A DNA stretch of 61,199 nt, the filler included. It is 9 parts of 9 records of this genome, joined end to end, with 100 filler letters (N's around TTAATTAATTAA, not from the genome) between each part and the next. Parts side by side here need not be neighbours in the genome. Positions count along the whole stretch, not along the records: positions 1 to 5,594 come from SRR31156797_117461; positions 5,695 to 17,608 come from SRR31156797_117805; 7 more parts are not named here. The stretch is one strand, 5' to 3'. The translations under genes and the position numbers were made by a program. The stretch's first letter is position 1. Every line of letters starts with the position of its first letter. Below, piece by piece: positions 1 through 10,559 of this stretch. The notes below the pieces were generated by a model. That model did not search any database and had not been told where the DNA came from. It saw nothing but the letters and a program-made list of their open reading frames with translations.

Positions 1-1
1 A

Positions 2-3000
2 CGAATTGCTTTGGTATACCCCGGGTCAGGGAATCATTATCTGGGCATGGGAAGGGCGTTGGCTCTTCGTTTTCCCGAAATAATCGACCGGATGGATCGG
101 CAAACGGAGCGCTTGAAATCCCAGTTTCGCCCCTGGCATCTGATGCCATGGCGTAAATCCTGGTCTGCCCATTGGGAAAAAGGGGCTGTAAGCGATCTGA
201 AATCGGACCCGTTGAACATGATTTTCGGACAGGTCGTGTTCGGCGGACTCATGACGGAAGTGTTAAAAAAATTCGACATCCAGGCCGACGCGGTGATTGG
301 TTATAGCCTCGGTGAGTCAGCAGCCCTTTTCGCAAACGGTATTTGGAAAGATCGCGGAGACATGCTGCAAAAAATGCAAACGACCGATCTTTTTACAACG
401 CAACTGGCCGGCCCCTGCCGTGCTTTGCGAACGGCCTGGAAAATCCCGCCCGAAGAACCTGTACAATGGCGTGTCGCCGTTGTTAATCGAGCGGAAGACC
501 GTGTCCGAAAAGCCCTGGAAAAGATCCCTCAAACCCGGTTGCTGATTGTGAACGCCCCCGACGAATGTGTTATCGGCGGCCTTGCTCACCGTGTGGAAGA
601 AGCCATTGCGAAGTTGCGATGCCAGGCAGTTTTCCTGGACGGCGTTGTAACCGTTCATTGCGATGCGGCCATGCCAGTGGCCGATGACTATCGCAATCTT
701 CATTTTTTCCCGGTACAATCAAACCCTGACCTTTCAATTTATAGCTGCAGTTGGGCCAAACCCTACGCAGCGACATCGGAAAGAATTGCAGATTCCATCA
801 AAAAACAGGCTGTTGACGGATTCCACTTCCCGGACACCATTCAGCGAGCGGCAGACGATGGGATCGGAATTTTCATCGAAGCCGGTCCCGGAGCCTCCTG
901 CACCCGCATGATCAACAGAATTCTGTCCGATCGGCCGCATTTGGCCGTTTCTGCCAGTCATGGCAATGAAAACGAAATCGGCTCCCTGTTAAGATGCCTG
1001 GCCCGTCTGGCCGCTGAGGGTGTCTCCATGGACCTGGGGCCTCTCTACGAGCATTTGAACACGGCTATTGAAACGAAGAGTGAAAGAAATTTACCGGTGG
1101 TGAACATCTCCATGGGAGGTCAGCCTATCCGTCCGAAACGTCCAGAAAGGGGTCGCAAACAAAACCATCCAGTACCCCACTCCCCCAAAAACCGGAAAGG
1201 CAAACAAACGAAGCAGGTCTCTTTGCAGCATCGGGCCGAGGCGCCGCGTCCAGATCCGGCAACCGACACCCAGCCATCCACAAACAACCGATGGAAAACG
1301 CTGATCGAGAAGGGGCAAAAGCAGGCAGAGGCAACGGCATCGGCCCATCAGCAATACCTGGAACTTTCCGAAGAACTGACCCGTGCTTTTGCTGAGACAT
1401 TCAATTATCAAAACCAACTGTTGCAACACGGTGCGAGGCCTCAGGAAAATCCACCCAAACGGCAACCGTCCCCCCCTAAGACTCCTGGGCAAACGGTGGC
1501 ATTCGATCGTGAGAAATGCATGGCCTTTGCCGTCGGCAAAATCGGAGACGTCCTTGGCCCCGCCTTCGAGGCGTTGGACACCTATCGCGTACGGGTACGA
1601 TTGCCGGACGAACCGTTAATGTTGGTCGATCGCATCCTCTCCGTGGAGGGGGAGATGCTATCCATGGATTCCGGAAAGGTCGTTACCGAGCATGATGTAC
1701 GCACAGACGCCTGGTATCTGGATGGTGATCGCGCACCCGTGTGCATCAGTGTTGAGGCCGGCCAGGCCGACCTGTTTTTGTCTTCTTATTTGGGAATCGA
1801 CCACCAGGTCAAAGGAGAACGTGCCTATCGCCTGCTGGATGCAAGGGTTACCTTTCATCGAGGATTGCCCCGGCCCGGCGAAACGGTTCGCTATACCATC
1901 ACCATCGACCGGTTCGTACGCCAGGGAGAAACCTGGATGTTCTTTTTTCGATTCGAAGGCTATATCGAAAACCAGCACCTGATCACCATGCAAGATGGAT
2001 GTGCGGGCTTTTTTACCGAAGCGGAGGTTGAAAATTCCGGCGGGATTCTGCTCACCGAAGAAGAACAAAAGCCTGTTTCTGGAACGCTTCCTCAGGATTG
2101 GCGCCCCCTTGTGCCCATGACAAAGGAATCGTTTTCCGACGCACAGGTCGACGCACTTCGAGTCGGAGACCTTCCCCTAGGTTTCGGGCCCCGCTTTGCC
2201 GGCATGAAGTTGGCGAAAAGTCTTCACCTTCCCGGCGGCCGAATGCGCTTGATCCATAGAGTCGTGGAACTGGATCCAACAGGGGGGCGCTATGGCATTG
2301 GAATGATCCGCGCGGAAGCCGACATTCACCCTGATGATTGGTTCTTAAACTGCCATTTCGTAGATGATATGGTAATGCCCGGCACCTTGATGTACGAATG
2401 CTGTGCGCATACACTGAGGGTCTATCTTCAGCGTATGGGCTGGGTCACGGACAAAGCGGGTGTCTGTTACGAGCCGCTGATCGGAAACAGCGCACGTCTT
2501 AAGTGCAGGGGACCGGTCACGCCAGAAACCCGCCATGTGCACTATGAGATCCAGATCAGTGAAATCGGCTACAATCCCGAGCCTTATGTGATTGCTGACG
2601 CACACATGTTTGCAGATGGACGGTTTATCGTTTTTTTCAAAGGGATGTCCATGAAAATGACCGGCATCCACCGAGAAGAGATCGAAGCCCTGTGGAGGGA
2701 TGACAAAAAGGGGAATGAAAAGGATCCGGAATCGGTTCCCCCTCCCCTGTACGATAAAGAATCCATCCTGGCCTTTGCTGTCGGGCATCCTTCTGAGGCT
2801 TTCGGCGAACCCTATCGCGTTTTCGACAATGAACGCAAGATTGCACGCCTGCCGGGCCCGCCCTATTGCTTTATGGATCGCATTATCCAGGTGGAACCGG
2901 AACCCTGGATCCTGAAAGCAGACGGCTGGATAACAGCCCAGTACGAAGTTCCGCCTGATGCGTGGTACTTTGCTGCCGACCAGAGCGGTGTCATGCCCTT

Positions 3001-3898
3001 TTGCGTTCTTTTGGAGATCGCTCTACAACCCTGCGGATGGCTTGCCGCCTATGCAGGGTCTGCCCTTCGCAGCCGGCAGGACCTTAAATTCAGAAATTTG
3101 GGTGGAAGCGGTGTACTCCATCGCCAGGTGACCCCAAAAACCGGAACCTTGACCATGCGCTGTCGCATGACAAAAGTCAGTGAAGCTGCGGACATGATCA
3201 TCGAAAATTTTGATTTTGAAGTTTTGGCCGGAAACAATACGGTCTATACAGGTAATACCTATTTCGGCTTCTTCTCCGCAAAAGCATTGAACCAGCAAAA
3301 AGGGTTGGGCGAGAAAGATCCCATGGTGACATCTTTGGGTGCGGGATACGCAGACACAAACAGCACGCTCCCCCTTGCCGTCAATGCGCCGTTTACACCT
3401 GAAGAAAAGGTGGAGGCCCCATTCGTTTTCAATCGTCTTGTTCTGCCATCCAAAGCACTTTTGATGATCGACGATATCGAGGCTTGCGAGTTGAACGAGG
3501 ACGTCAACGAAGTCGGTTATGTTCGAGGAATAAAAAGAATTGATCCCGAGGAGTGGTTTTTCAAGGCCCATTTTTACCAGGACCCGGTTTGCCCGGGGTC
3601 TTTGGGAATTGAATCGTTTCTGCAGTTGTTGAAATTTGCTGCCCTGAAACGGTGGCCCCGTTTAGAACCGACCCACTGTTTTCGTCTTGTTGAAGAGAGC
3701 CAGCACAACTGGTCCTATCGCGGACAGATCGTTCCAAAAAACAAAAAAGTTACTGTGGAGGCACGGATTACAAGTTTTGAGGATGGTGCGCCACCACAAC
3801 TAACCGCAGACGGATTGTTGACGGTGGACGGTCTGCCCATTTACAAAATGGAAAATTTTAAACTTGCACTTGTACCGGCCACGCAAACGCCCGCATGA
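2..3898 (+). CDS. PfaBC-type PUFA synthase/iterative PKS subunit, 5'-truncated (AT domain, linker, four FabA-like dehydratase/pseudo-dehydratase domains)
   Basis: The frame is open from the contig edge. AT motifs VYPGSG and GYSLGE are present. Two FabA-type active sites (WFLNCHFVDDMVMPGTL, WFFKAHFYQDPVCPGSLG) alternate with two His-less pseudo-DH domains. Confidence 0.88.
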   Translation, partial: RIALVYPGSGNHYLGMGRALALRFPEIIDRMDRQTERLKSQFRPWHLMPWRKSWSAHWEKGAVSDLKSDPLNMIFGQVVFGGLMTEVLKKFDIQADAVIGYSLGESAALFANGIWKDRGDMLQKMQTTDLFTTQLAGPCRALRTAWKIPPEEPVQWRVAVVNRAEDRVRKALEKIPQTRLLIVNAPDECVIGGLAHRVEEAIAKLRCQAVFLDGVVTVHCDAAMPVADDYRNLHFFPVQSNPDLSIYSCSWAKPYAATSERIADSIKKQAVDGFHFPDTIQRAADDGIGIFIEAGPGASCTRMINRILSDRPHLAVSASHGNENEIGSLLRCLARLAAEGVSMDLGPLYEHLNTAIETKSERNLPVVNISMGGQPIRPKRPERGRKQNHPVPHSPKNRKGKQTKQVSLQHRAEAPRPDPATDTQPSTNNRWKTLIEKGQKQAEATASAHQQYLELSEELTRAFAETFNYQNQLLQHGARPQENPPKRQPSPPKTPGQTVAFDREKCMAFAVGKIGDVLGPAFEALDTYRVRVRLPDEPLMLVDRILSVEGEMLSMDSGKVVTEHDVRTDAWYLDGDRAPVCISVEAGQADLFLSSYLGIDHQVKGERAYRLLDARVTFHRGLPRPGETVRYTITIDRFVRQGETWMFFFRFEGYIENQHLITMQDGCAGFFTEAEVENSGGILLTEEEQKPVSGTLPQDWRPLVPMTKESFSDAQVDALRVGDLPLGFGPRFAGMKLAKSLHLPGGRMRLIHRVVELDPTGGRYGIGMIRAEADIHPDDWFLNCHFVDDMVMPGTLMYECCAHTLRVYLQRMGWVTDKAGVCYEPLIGNSARLKCRGPVTPETRHVHYEIQISEIGYNPEPYVIADAHMFADGRFIVFFKGMSMKMTGIHREEIEALWRDDKKGNEKDPESVPPPLYDKESILAFAVGHPSEAFGEPYRVFDNERKIARLPGPPYCFMDRIIQVEPEPWILKADGWITAQYEVPPDAWYFAADQSGVMPFCVLLEIALQPCGWLAAYAGSALRSRQDLKFRNLGGSGVLHRQVTPKTGTLTMRCRMTKVSEAADMIIENFDFEVLAGNNTVYTGNTYFGFFSAKALNQQKGLGEKDPMVTSLGAGYADTNSTLPLAVNAPFTPEEKVEAPFVFNRLVLPSKALLMIDDIEACELNEDVNEVGYVRGIKRIDPEEWFFKAHFYQDPVCPGSLGIESFLQLLKFAALKRWPRLEPTHCFRLVEESQHNWSYRGQIVPKNKKVTVEARITSFEDGAPPQLTADGLLTVDGLPIYKMENFKLALVPATQTPA

Positions 3899-3922
3899 CC
3901 GGCCACATGTTATAGTATCTAT

Positions 3923-4837
3923 ATGAATTCATTAAAAAAAAAGATCAAACCAGCTGACTACAAAAAACTGTACCCTTTCCGGTCCCACTACATGGACCGC
4001 AACGGCATGGGACTTCATTTCATTGATCGGGGAAAAGGCGATCCAGTTGTCATGGTGCACGGCAACCCGACCTGGTCTTTCTATTTCCGCCACCTTGTGA
4101 AGTCGCTCTCTGGGAGCTTTCGAACCATCGTTCCGGACCACCTGGGATGCGGGCTTTCCTACAAACCGGATGAAAAGCAATATGATTTCCATCTGAAGAG
4201 TCGCGTCAAGGATTTTTCCGCCCTCATGGATCACCTGGCCCTCGACCGTGTGACCCTTCTCGTTCACGATTGGGGAGGAATGATCGGCATGGCCTGGGCC
4301 GTAGAGAACCCGGATCGGCTGTCTCGTCTGATCGTGACCAATACGGCGGGCTTCTTTCCACCCGGCAGCAAAGGAATTCCACTTCGGCTGTGGATTCTCC
4401 GAAATTTGAAATTTTTTGCAAAACCCGCCGTCCTCTACGGGAACCTTTTTGCCCGTGGTGCGCTATCCATGGCACCGCGCAAACGATTGCATCCCGATGT
4501 GAAAAAAGGCCTGCTTGCGCCGTACAACTGTCCACGCCATCGTCTCGCAACGCTACGCTTCGTGCAGGACATTCCGCTGTTGCCGGATGATGAAGGATTC
4601 GCTATTGTAGACCGGGTCAGTCGAAAACTGGAGACCCTCTCCTCTCTCCCCATGTTGATTTTATGGGGAAAGCACGATTTTGTTTTTGATCTGGATTACT
4701 ATAAAGAATGGCGCCGGAGATTTCCATCTGCCGAGTCTCACCTGTTCGACGATGCAGGCCATTATCTTATGGAAGATGTGCCCGACCGAATCGTCGAACG
4801 AATCAACCTGTTTTTGGCAAACAACCCAATCCGTTAG
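3923..4837 (+). CDS. oleB: OleB-like alpha/beta hydrolase (haloalkane dehalogenase family; beta-lactone decarboxylase)
   Basis: Motifs HGNPTWSF, HDWGG (Asp nucleophile) and AGHY; lies directly upstream of an oleC-like gene. Confidence 0.82.
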   Translation: MNSLKKKIKPADYKKLYPFRSHYMDRNGMGLHFIDRGKGDPVVMVHGNPTWSFYFRHLVKSLSGSFRTIVPDHLGCGLSYKPDEKQYDFHLKSRVKDFSALMDHLALDRVTLLVHDWGGMIGMAWAVENPDRLSRLIVTNTAGFFPPGSKGIPLRLWILRNLKFFAKPAVLYGNLFARGALSMAPRKRLHPDVKKGLLAPYNCPRHRLATLRFVQDIPLLPDDEGFAIVDRVSRKLETLSSLPMLILWGKHDFVFDLDYYKEWRRRFPSAESHLFDDAGHYLMEDVPDRIVERINLFLANNPIR

Positions 4838-4852
4838 ATCGGACGGCCTGTC

Positions 4853-5594
4853 ATGGAATCGATTGATAAAAGCACAAATTCGAAAACCGTCAATGTGGCC
4901 AACTATTTACGGAAAATGGCCCGACAGCAACCCTACAAACGTGCTGTGGTTTATCCATGGAAAAGAGATCGTTTAAAACGGGTCTCATACACCCACCTCA
5001 CGTTTCGCCAACTTGACATCGAGTCGGACAGGTTGGCTAGCGGCCTTGACGATATGGGAATCAGCCGCGGTGTCCGTACCATCTTGATGGTAAAACCCAG
5101 CCTCGACTTCTTCGCACTTGTTTTCGCACTGTTCAAAGTGGGTGCAGTCCCCGTTGTTGTGGATCCGGGAATGGGAATATCCAGGATGCTCGGCTGCCTG
5201 AAAGAGAGTCAGGCGCAAGCCCTCATCGGCATTCCTCAGGCGCATATACTGCGGAAATTTGCTCCGAAATATTTCGAAAGCGTGCATGCCTATGTTACCG
5301 TTGGTCGCAGATGGTTCTGGGGTGGATACACATTATCACAGATCCGTAGTGGAAAATGGGAACCCTATTCCATCGCGGACAGCCGCCCCGATGAGATTGC
5401 TGCCATTCTTTTCACGACGGGCAGCACCGGTCCTGCCAAAGGCGTTTTCTATACGCATGGGGTTTTCAACGCTCAGGTGAAAAACATCCGCGCGCAGTTC
5501 AATATTACGCCGAATGATATCGATCTGCCGACCTTTCCCCTCTTCGCCCTTTTCGATCCTGCACTGGGCATGACGGCGATCATTCCGGATATGG
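4853..5594 (+). CDS. oleC: OleC-like AMP-dependent ligase (beta-lactone synthetase), 3'-truncated
   Basis: A3 motif ILFTTGSTGPAKGV plus OleC-typical VDPGMG and DLPTFPLFALFDPALG. Confidence 0.82.
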
Positions 5595-5694
5595 NNNNNN
5601 NNNNNNNNNNNNNNNNNNNNNNNNNNNNNNNNNNNNNNTTAATTAATTAANNNNNNNNNNNNNNNNNNNNNNNNNNNNNNNNNNNNNNNNNNNN
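5595..5694. other. Artificial contig linker
   Basis: N-run around TTAATTAATTAA, which puts stops in all six frames. Confidence 0.99.
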
Positions 5695-5811
5695 GCGGGC
5701 GCCGCGGCCCAGCGGGTAGGCGACCAGATAGACCGGCACGAGCACCGCGGTCATGACCAACAGCAGCGACAGGCGAAGAACGGACCTTATCCACGAGGGC
5801 GGGATGGTCAC
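5695..5811 (-). CDS. olsA: Probable lyso-ornithine lipid acyltransferase, N-terminal fragment
   Basis: GTG start overlaps the olsB TGA (GTGA). Hydrophobic N-terminus (IRSVLRLSLLLVMTAVLVPVY). The call rests mainly on olsBA synteny. Confidence 0.55.
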
Positions 5812-6608
5812 GCCGCCAAAGGCCGTCCATAAGCCATGTAGTGCCGATGGTATTTCTCTGAGATCGAGTCCGTCTTGACGATTATACATACGTCCGTCGT
5901 ATTGAACTGGTGGTCGACAACGGCACCCTCGCCGACGTAACCGCCGACCCGAAGATACCCCTTGAGAAGCGGCGGCAGGGCAGCCAGCGCCTCAGCCTGA
6001 TCGAGCTCCGGTTTCGGCACCAGCGCCATTTCGACATAGCGGTCGTCGACGGCCCTGGGCCGCATCGTTTCCGGCGCCAGATGGTGGTGATACAGATACG
6101 AAAGCACCGCCGTCATCGCTGTCGGATCGGTGCCGGGAAGGCTGGCACAACCGAACATGACGCGGATTTCGAAATCCATGATGTAGTGGGCCAGGCCGCG
6201 CCACAGCAATTGCATGGCGGCCCGTGTCCGGTAGTCGGCATCGACACACGAACGACCCAACTCCAGGATCTCGCCCGGATATCTCAGCAACGCCGAAATG
6301 TCGTATTCCTGTTGCGTGTAAAAGCCGCCGACCTTCCGTGCGGCACGGCGCCTGAGCAGACGATAGGTGCCGACGACCCCGGGTTCGCCGGCGTTTTCCT
6401 TTTCCAGGTCGATCACCAGCAGATGATCGCAGACATCGTCGAAACGGTCGAAGTCGCGCCTGCGCCCCGCCATATCCGCCGTCGGCAGCGCGCCCATCTC
6501 GTCGTAAAAAACGCGAAAACGCAGCGCCTGCGCGGCATCGATATCGGATTGCGAACTGGCAAGGCGGACTTCAAGGTTATTGAAACGCAACCCTGTGGAG
6601 TCACCCAT
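5808..6608 (-). CDS. olsB: Ornithine N-acyltransferase (GNAT fold)
   Basis: Motifs AQALRFRVFYDEMGA, DFDRFDDVCDHLLV, VVGTYRLL, LELGRSCV, LPPLLKGYLRVG, VDHQFNTTDV. Confidence 0.88.
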   Translation of the reverse strand: MGDSTGLRFNNLEVRLASSQSDIDAAQALRFRVFYDEMGALPTADMAGRRRDFDRFDDVCDHLLVIDLEKENAGEPGVVGTYRLLRRRAARKVGGFYTQQEYDISALLRYPGEILELGRSCVDADYRTRAAMQLLWRGLAHYIMDFEIRVMFGCASLPGTDPTAMTAVLSYLYHHHLAPETMRPRAVDDRYVEMALVPKPELDQAEALAALPPLLKGYLRVGGYVGEGAVVDHQFNTTDVCIIVKTDSISEKYHRHYMAYGRPLAA

Positions 6609-6675
6609 ACGAAAACACCCCCGACAAATTTCCGTTGCTTGGCGACGCAGCCCGGCCGGCCCGAAACGGTGTCTC

Positions 6676-6731
6676 AGAATGCTTTCGGCGCGTGATCCTT
6701 TCGTGACGGTTGGACGAATCTTTTGCGACAG
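6676..6731 (-). promoter_or_regulatory. Pho-box array plus -10 element upstream of olsB
   Basis: Minus strand reads CTGTCGC-aaaa-GATTCGT-ccaa-CCGTCAC-gaaa-GGATCAC (11-bp period), then 10 nt, then CATTCT. Confidence 0.6.
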
Positions 6732-6743
6732 CTCCGGCCAACG

Positions 6744-6766
6744 AAAAAACGGGGCCGAAGCCCCGT
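6744..6766 (-). terminator. Intrinsic terminator of the etfBA-hbd operon
   Basis: Minus strand ACGGGGC-TTCG-GCCCCGT followed by a T run. Confidence 0.8.
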
Positions 6767-6798
6767 CTTTCCTGTCTCAAAAATGTCGATGAAACCGG

Positions 6799-7680
6799 CT
6801 AGCGCGTCGGTTCAGGCTTGTCGCCCGAATAGTCGTAGAAGCCGCGCCCGGTGCTGCGGCCGAGCCAGCCGGCCTCGACATATTTCACCAGCAGCGGACA
6901 CGGCCGGTATTTGGTGTCGGCCAGTCCTTCGTGCAGGGTGTTCATGACCGCCAGGCAGAGATCGAGGCCGATGAAATCGGCCAGCTCCAGCGGCCCCATC
7001 GGGTGCCTGGTGCCCAACTTCATGGCGGTGTCGATGTTGGCGACCGAGGCGACGCCTTCGTAAAGCGCATAGACCGCCTCGTTGATCATCGGCATCAGGA
7101 TGCGGTTGACGATGAAGGCCGAGAAATCCTCGCAATTGACCGGCGTCTTGCCGAGCTTGACGACCAGATCGCTGATCGTATGGAAGACCTTCTCGTCGGT
7201 GGCGATGCCGCGGATCAGTTCGACCAGATCCAGGGCCGGCGCCGGGTACATGAAATGCATGCCCAGGAACCTGTCGGGCCGGTCGGTCTGGGCGCCCAGC
7301 CGCGTGATCGAAATGCACGACGTATTGGTCGCCAGGATCGCTTCCGGCTTCAGGTGCGGGCAGACTTCCTTGTAGACGCCCATTTTCATCTGTTCGTCTT
7401 CGGATACGGCCTCGACGACGAGGTCGCAATCGGCGAAGACCGCGACATCGCTGCCGCTGGTGATGCGTGCCAGGGCCGCCGATTTCTCTTCCTCGCTGAT
7501 GCGTTCCTTGCAGACCTGCCGGCCGAGATAGTGGTCGACGGCGGCCATGCCTGTCTTGAGAGCTTCGGGATCGGTGTCGATCAGACAGACATCGTACCCG
7601 CCCAACGCAAAGACGTGGGAAATACCGACGCCCATCTGCCCCGCACCGACAACCCCGATTTTGCGAATATCAATCGACAT
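6799..7680 (-). CDS. hbd: 3-hydroxybutyryl-CoA dehydrogenase
   Basis: Rossmann motif GAGQMG, HFMYP...LVE His/Glu pair, [22 protein letters not shown]. Confidence 0.92.
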   Translation of the reverse strand: MSIDIRKIGVVGAGQMGVGISHVFALGGYDVCLIDTDPEALKTGMAAVDHYLGRQVCKERISEEEKSAALARITSGSDVAVFADCDLVVEAVSEDEQMKMGVYKEVCPHLKPEAILATNTSCISITRLGAQTDRPDRFLGMHFMYPAPALDLVELIRGIATDEKVFHTISDLVVKLGKTPVNCEDFSAFIVNRILMPMINEAVYALYEGVASVANIDTAMKLGTRHPMGPLELADFIGLDLCLAVMNTLHEGLADTKYRPCPLLVKYVEAGWLGRSTGRGFYDYSGDKPEPTR

Positions 7681-7710
7681 GCACCGCCCCCTGACCCGGT
7701 TGCCCGGCGA

Positions 7711-8646
7711 TCAGCCCTTGTCCAGTTCCGACGACAATTCCGGCAACGCCGTGAACAGATCCTCGACCAGGCCGTAGTCGGCAACCTGGAAAATCGGCGC
7801 TTCCTCGTCCTTGTTGATGGCGACGATCACCTTGCTGTCCTTCATCCCGGCAAGGTGCTGGATGGCGCCCGAAATGCCGACCGCCAGATAAAGGTCCGGC
7901 GCCACCACCTTGCCGGTCTGCCCGACCTGATAGTCGTTCGGCACGTAACCGGCATCGACGGCGGCGCGCGAGGCGCCGACGGCGGCCCCCAGTTTGTCGG
8001 CGACCTCCTCGATAAGCCCGAAGTTCTCGCCGCTTCCCATGCCGCGGCCGCCGGAAACGATGCAGCGTGCGCTGGTCAGTTCCGGCCGGTCGGACTGGGT
8101 CAGTTCCTGGCCGACGAAGGCCGACTTGTCGGATCCGGCGCCGGCGTCGACGGTTTCCACCGCCGCCGATCCGCCTTCGGCGGCTGCCGCCTCGAAGGCG
8201 GTGGTGCGGACCGTGATGATCTTTTTGGCGTCCGACGACTGCACGGTGGCCATGGCGTTGCCGGCATAGATCGGGCGGACGAAGGTATCGTCGCTTTCGA
8301 TCGCCGTGATGTCGGAAATCTGCGCAACGTCGAGCAGCGCCGCCACCCGCGGCATGACGTTCTTTCCAAACGTCGAAGCCGGCGCCAGGATATGGCTGTA
8401 GCCGTCGGCAAGGCCGGCAATCAGCGTCGCCAGGCTCTCGGCGACCGGGTTGGCGTAGGTCTCGGCATCGGCAACCAGCACCTTGGCGACACCGGCAACC
8501 TTCGACGCCGCTTCACCCGCCGAAGCGCAGCCGGACCCGGCGACAAGAACGGTAACATCGCCAAGCTGGGACGCGGCGGTGACGGTGTTCAGCGTCGACG
8601 CCTTCAGGATTTTGTTATCGTGTTCGGCAATGACCAGGACGCTCAT
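7711..8646 (-). CDS. etfA: Electron transfer flavoprotein alpha subunit
   Basis: True start MSVLVIAEH has an ATGA overlap with etfB; motifs [25 protein letters not shown]. Confidence 0.96.
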   Translation of the reverse strand: MSVLVIAEHDNKILKASTLNTVTAASQLGDVTVLVAGSGCASAGEAASKVAGVAKVLVADAETYANPVAESLATLIAGLADGYSHILAPASTFGKNVMPRVAALLDVAQISDITAIESDDTFVRPIYAGNAMATVQSSDAKKIITVRTTAFEAAAAEGGSAAVETVDAGAGSDKSAFVGQELTQSDRPELTSARCIVSGGRGMGSGENFGLIEEVADKLGAAVGASRAAVDAGYVPNDYQVGQTGKVVAPDLYLAVGISGAIQHLAGMKDSKVIVAINKDEEAPIFQVADYGLVEDLFTALPELSSELDKG

Positions 8647-9407
8647 CGGACCACCTTCGCTTCGTTCTTCAATTTTTCCACCAGTTCGGAAACGCTGCCG
8701 ACGATGACGCCGGCTTCGCGTTTCGGCGGTTCGACCACCTGCAAAGTCTTCAGGCGCGGCGCCACGTCGACGCCCAGATCGTCCGGGCTTACCGTTTCGA
8801 TCGGTTTCTTTTTCGCCTTCATGATATTCGGCAGCGAGGCGTAGCGCGGTTCGTTCAGACGAAGATCCGTCGTCACCACCGCCGGCATGGTCAACGAAAG
8901 GGTTTCCAGTCCGCCGTCGATTTCGCGGGTCACCGCCGCCTTGCCGTCGGCGATTTCCATCTTCGAGGCAAACGTGCCCTGCGGCCATTCCAACAGCGCC
9001 GCCAGCATCTGGCCGGTCTGGTTCGAATCGTCGTCGATCGCCTGCTTGCCGAGGATGACGAGGCCGGGATCCTCCTTCTCGACCAGCGCCTTCAGGATCT
9101 TGGCGATGGCCAGGGGCTGAAGCGCATCGTCGGTCGATAGGTCGGTCTGCACCAGGATGCCGCGGTCGGCACCCATGGCCAGGGCCGTGCGAATGGTTTC
9201 CTGGCAGGCCTGGGCGCCGATGGAAACCGCGACCAGTTCGGTGGCGGCGCCGGATTCCTTGAGGCGAACGCCTTCTTCGACGGCGATTTCGTCGAACGGG
9301 TTCATGGACATTTTGACGTTGGCCGTTTCGACACCCGTATTGTCCGCTTTGACGCGGACATTGACGTTGTAGTCGATGACCCTTTTGACGGCGACGAGGA
9401 CTTTCAT
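8643..9407 (-). CDS. etfB: Electron transfer flavoprotein beta subunit
   Basis: [48 protein letters not shown]. Confidence 0.96.
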   Translation of the reverse strand: MKVLVAVKRVIDYNVNVRVKADNTGVETANVKMSMNPFDEIAVEEGVRLKESGAATELVAVSIGAQACQETIRTALAMGADRGILVQTDLSTDDALQPLAIAKILKALVEKEDPGLVILGKQAIDDDSNQTGQMLAALLEWPQGTFASKMEIADGKAAVTREIDGGLETLSLTMPAVVTTDLRLNEPRYASLPNIMKAKKKPIETVSPDDLGVDVAPRLKTLQVVEPPKREAGVIVGSVSELVEKLKNEAKVVR

Positions 9408-9676
9408 GAAAAACCTGCGTTCTTTTTCCGGTTTCGGGTTGGGGAGCCTCCGCGATTCCGCTTTGAAGTCCGCGGAATTCCGGGATTTTCCTGCTTCCGG
9501 CTCCATTCTTGTTGACGTCGGCGAAACATACGAACAAGCGAAAGCCCTGTCAACGAATGGCCCGGCAGGTCGCAGGCAAGGCAAAGCCGCGACGGATTGA
9601 ACGAACCGTCGTCGACAAATGCGGCGTTGCCTTGACGAGCCGCCTTCCGCTTGCCGGTTTTTTGCGCCCCCGGAAT

Positions 9677-10240
9677 TCAGCGATTGGCGCCGGGCACCCA
9701 AAGCACGTCGGTGCGGCCATTATCGTTGGCCTGGCGGGCCATCACGAACAACAGATCGGACAGCCGGTTGATATAGCTGAGCGCGTTTGTATTGACCGGC
9801 TCTTCCGCCGCCAGTTCGCTGATGCGGCGTTCGGCCAGACGCACCGCCGTGCGGGCGCCGTGCAGATGCGCCGACAAGGCGGTCCCGCCGGGAAGCACGA
9901 AGGAGTTGAGCGGCTCCAGGCCTGCGTTGATGGCATCGATTTCCGTTTCCAGCCGCGTCACCTGTTCGGCCGACATGCGCAGGGCGCCTTCGGCTTTCGC
10001 CTCGATCTGGGGCAGGCAAAGGTCGGCGCCCAGGTCGAACAGGTCGTTCTGTATGCGGCCCAAGACGGTGTCGGTTTCGCCGCCGGCATGCAGGCGGGCC
10101 AGGCCGATGGTTGCGTTCGCCTGATCGACGGCGCCGATCGCTTCGATCCTCGGCGCGTGCTTGGCGACACGGCCGCCGGATCCCAGCGACGTTTCGCCGG
10201 CATCGCCGCCACGCGTGTAGATTTTGGTCAGCTTCACCAT
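9677..10240 (-). CDS. pduO: Cob(I)alamin adenosyltransferase, PduO type
   Basis: [45 protein letters not shown]. Confidence 0.93.
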   Translation of the reverse strand: MVKLTKIYTRGGDAGETSLGSGGRVAKHAPRIEAIGAVDQANATIGLARLHAGGETDTVLGRIQNDLFDLGADLCLPQIEAKAEGALRMSAEQVTRLETEIDAINAGLEPLNSFVLPGGTALSAHLHGARTAVRLAERRISELAAEEPVNTNALSYINRLSDLLFVMARQANDNGRTDVLWVPGANR

Positions 10241-10267
10241 CGCCGCTCGCCCCTCCCGGCAATACGC

Positions 10268-10480
10268 CTATCCGCCGCCCGCCAGATCGTAGGCGGCGAT
10301 CGCCATGGCCGCCGCGATCATGACGGCGGCCAGCAGCTGCATGCCGACCCGAAGGCGCATCAGGCGGTTGCCGTAGCGGGCGTTGAAGGCGCCGCCCCGG
10401 GCCATCGAGAACAACCCGACGAGAAGAACCAGCAACGTCGCCGCCAGGGCGATACCGATTGCGATTTTCAATAGGGTCAT
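10268..10480 (-). CDS. Twin transmembrane helix small protein (HIG1-like)
   Basis: Two TM segments around GNRLMRLRVGMQ; usual position upstream of pduO-etfBA. Confidence 0.82.
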   Translation of the reverse strand: MTLLKIAIGIALAATLLVLLVGLFSMARGGAFNARYGNRLMRLRVGMQLLAAVMIAAAMAIAAYDLAGGG

Positions 10481-10559
10481 GACGAATGGGTATCCTATCG
10501 GCTTCGAACCCGTCGGGCCGATTCTACCCCAATTCGATACCGTCTGGGAAATGCCGGGG

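Noticed and set aside
7711..9701. 608-aa EtfA and 352-aa EtfB as fusions or extensions
   Set aside because: Upstream starts are over-called. The canonical N-termini at 8646 and 9407 give normal sizes and an ATGA overlap.
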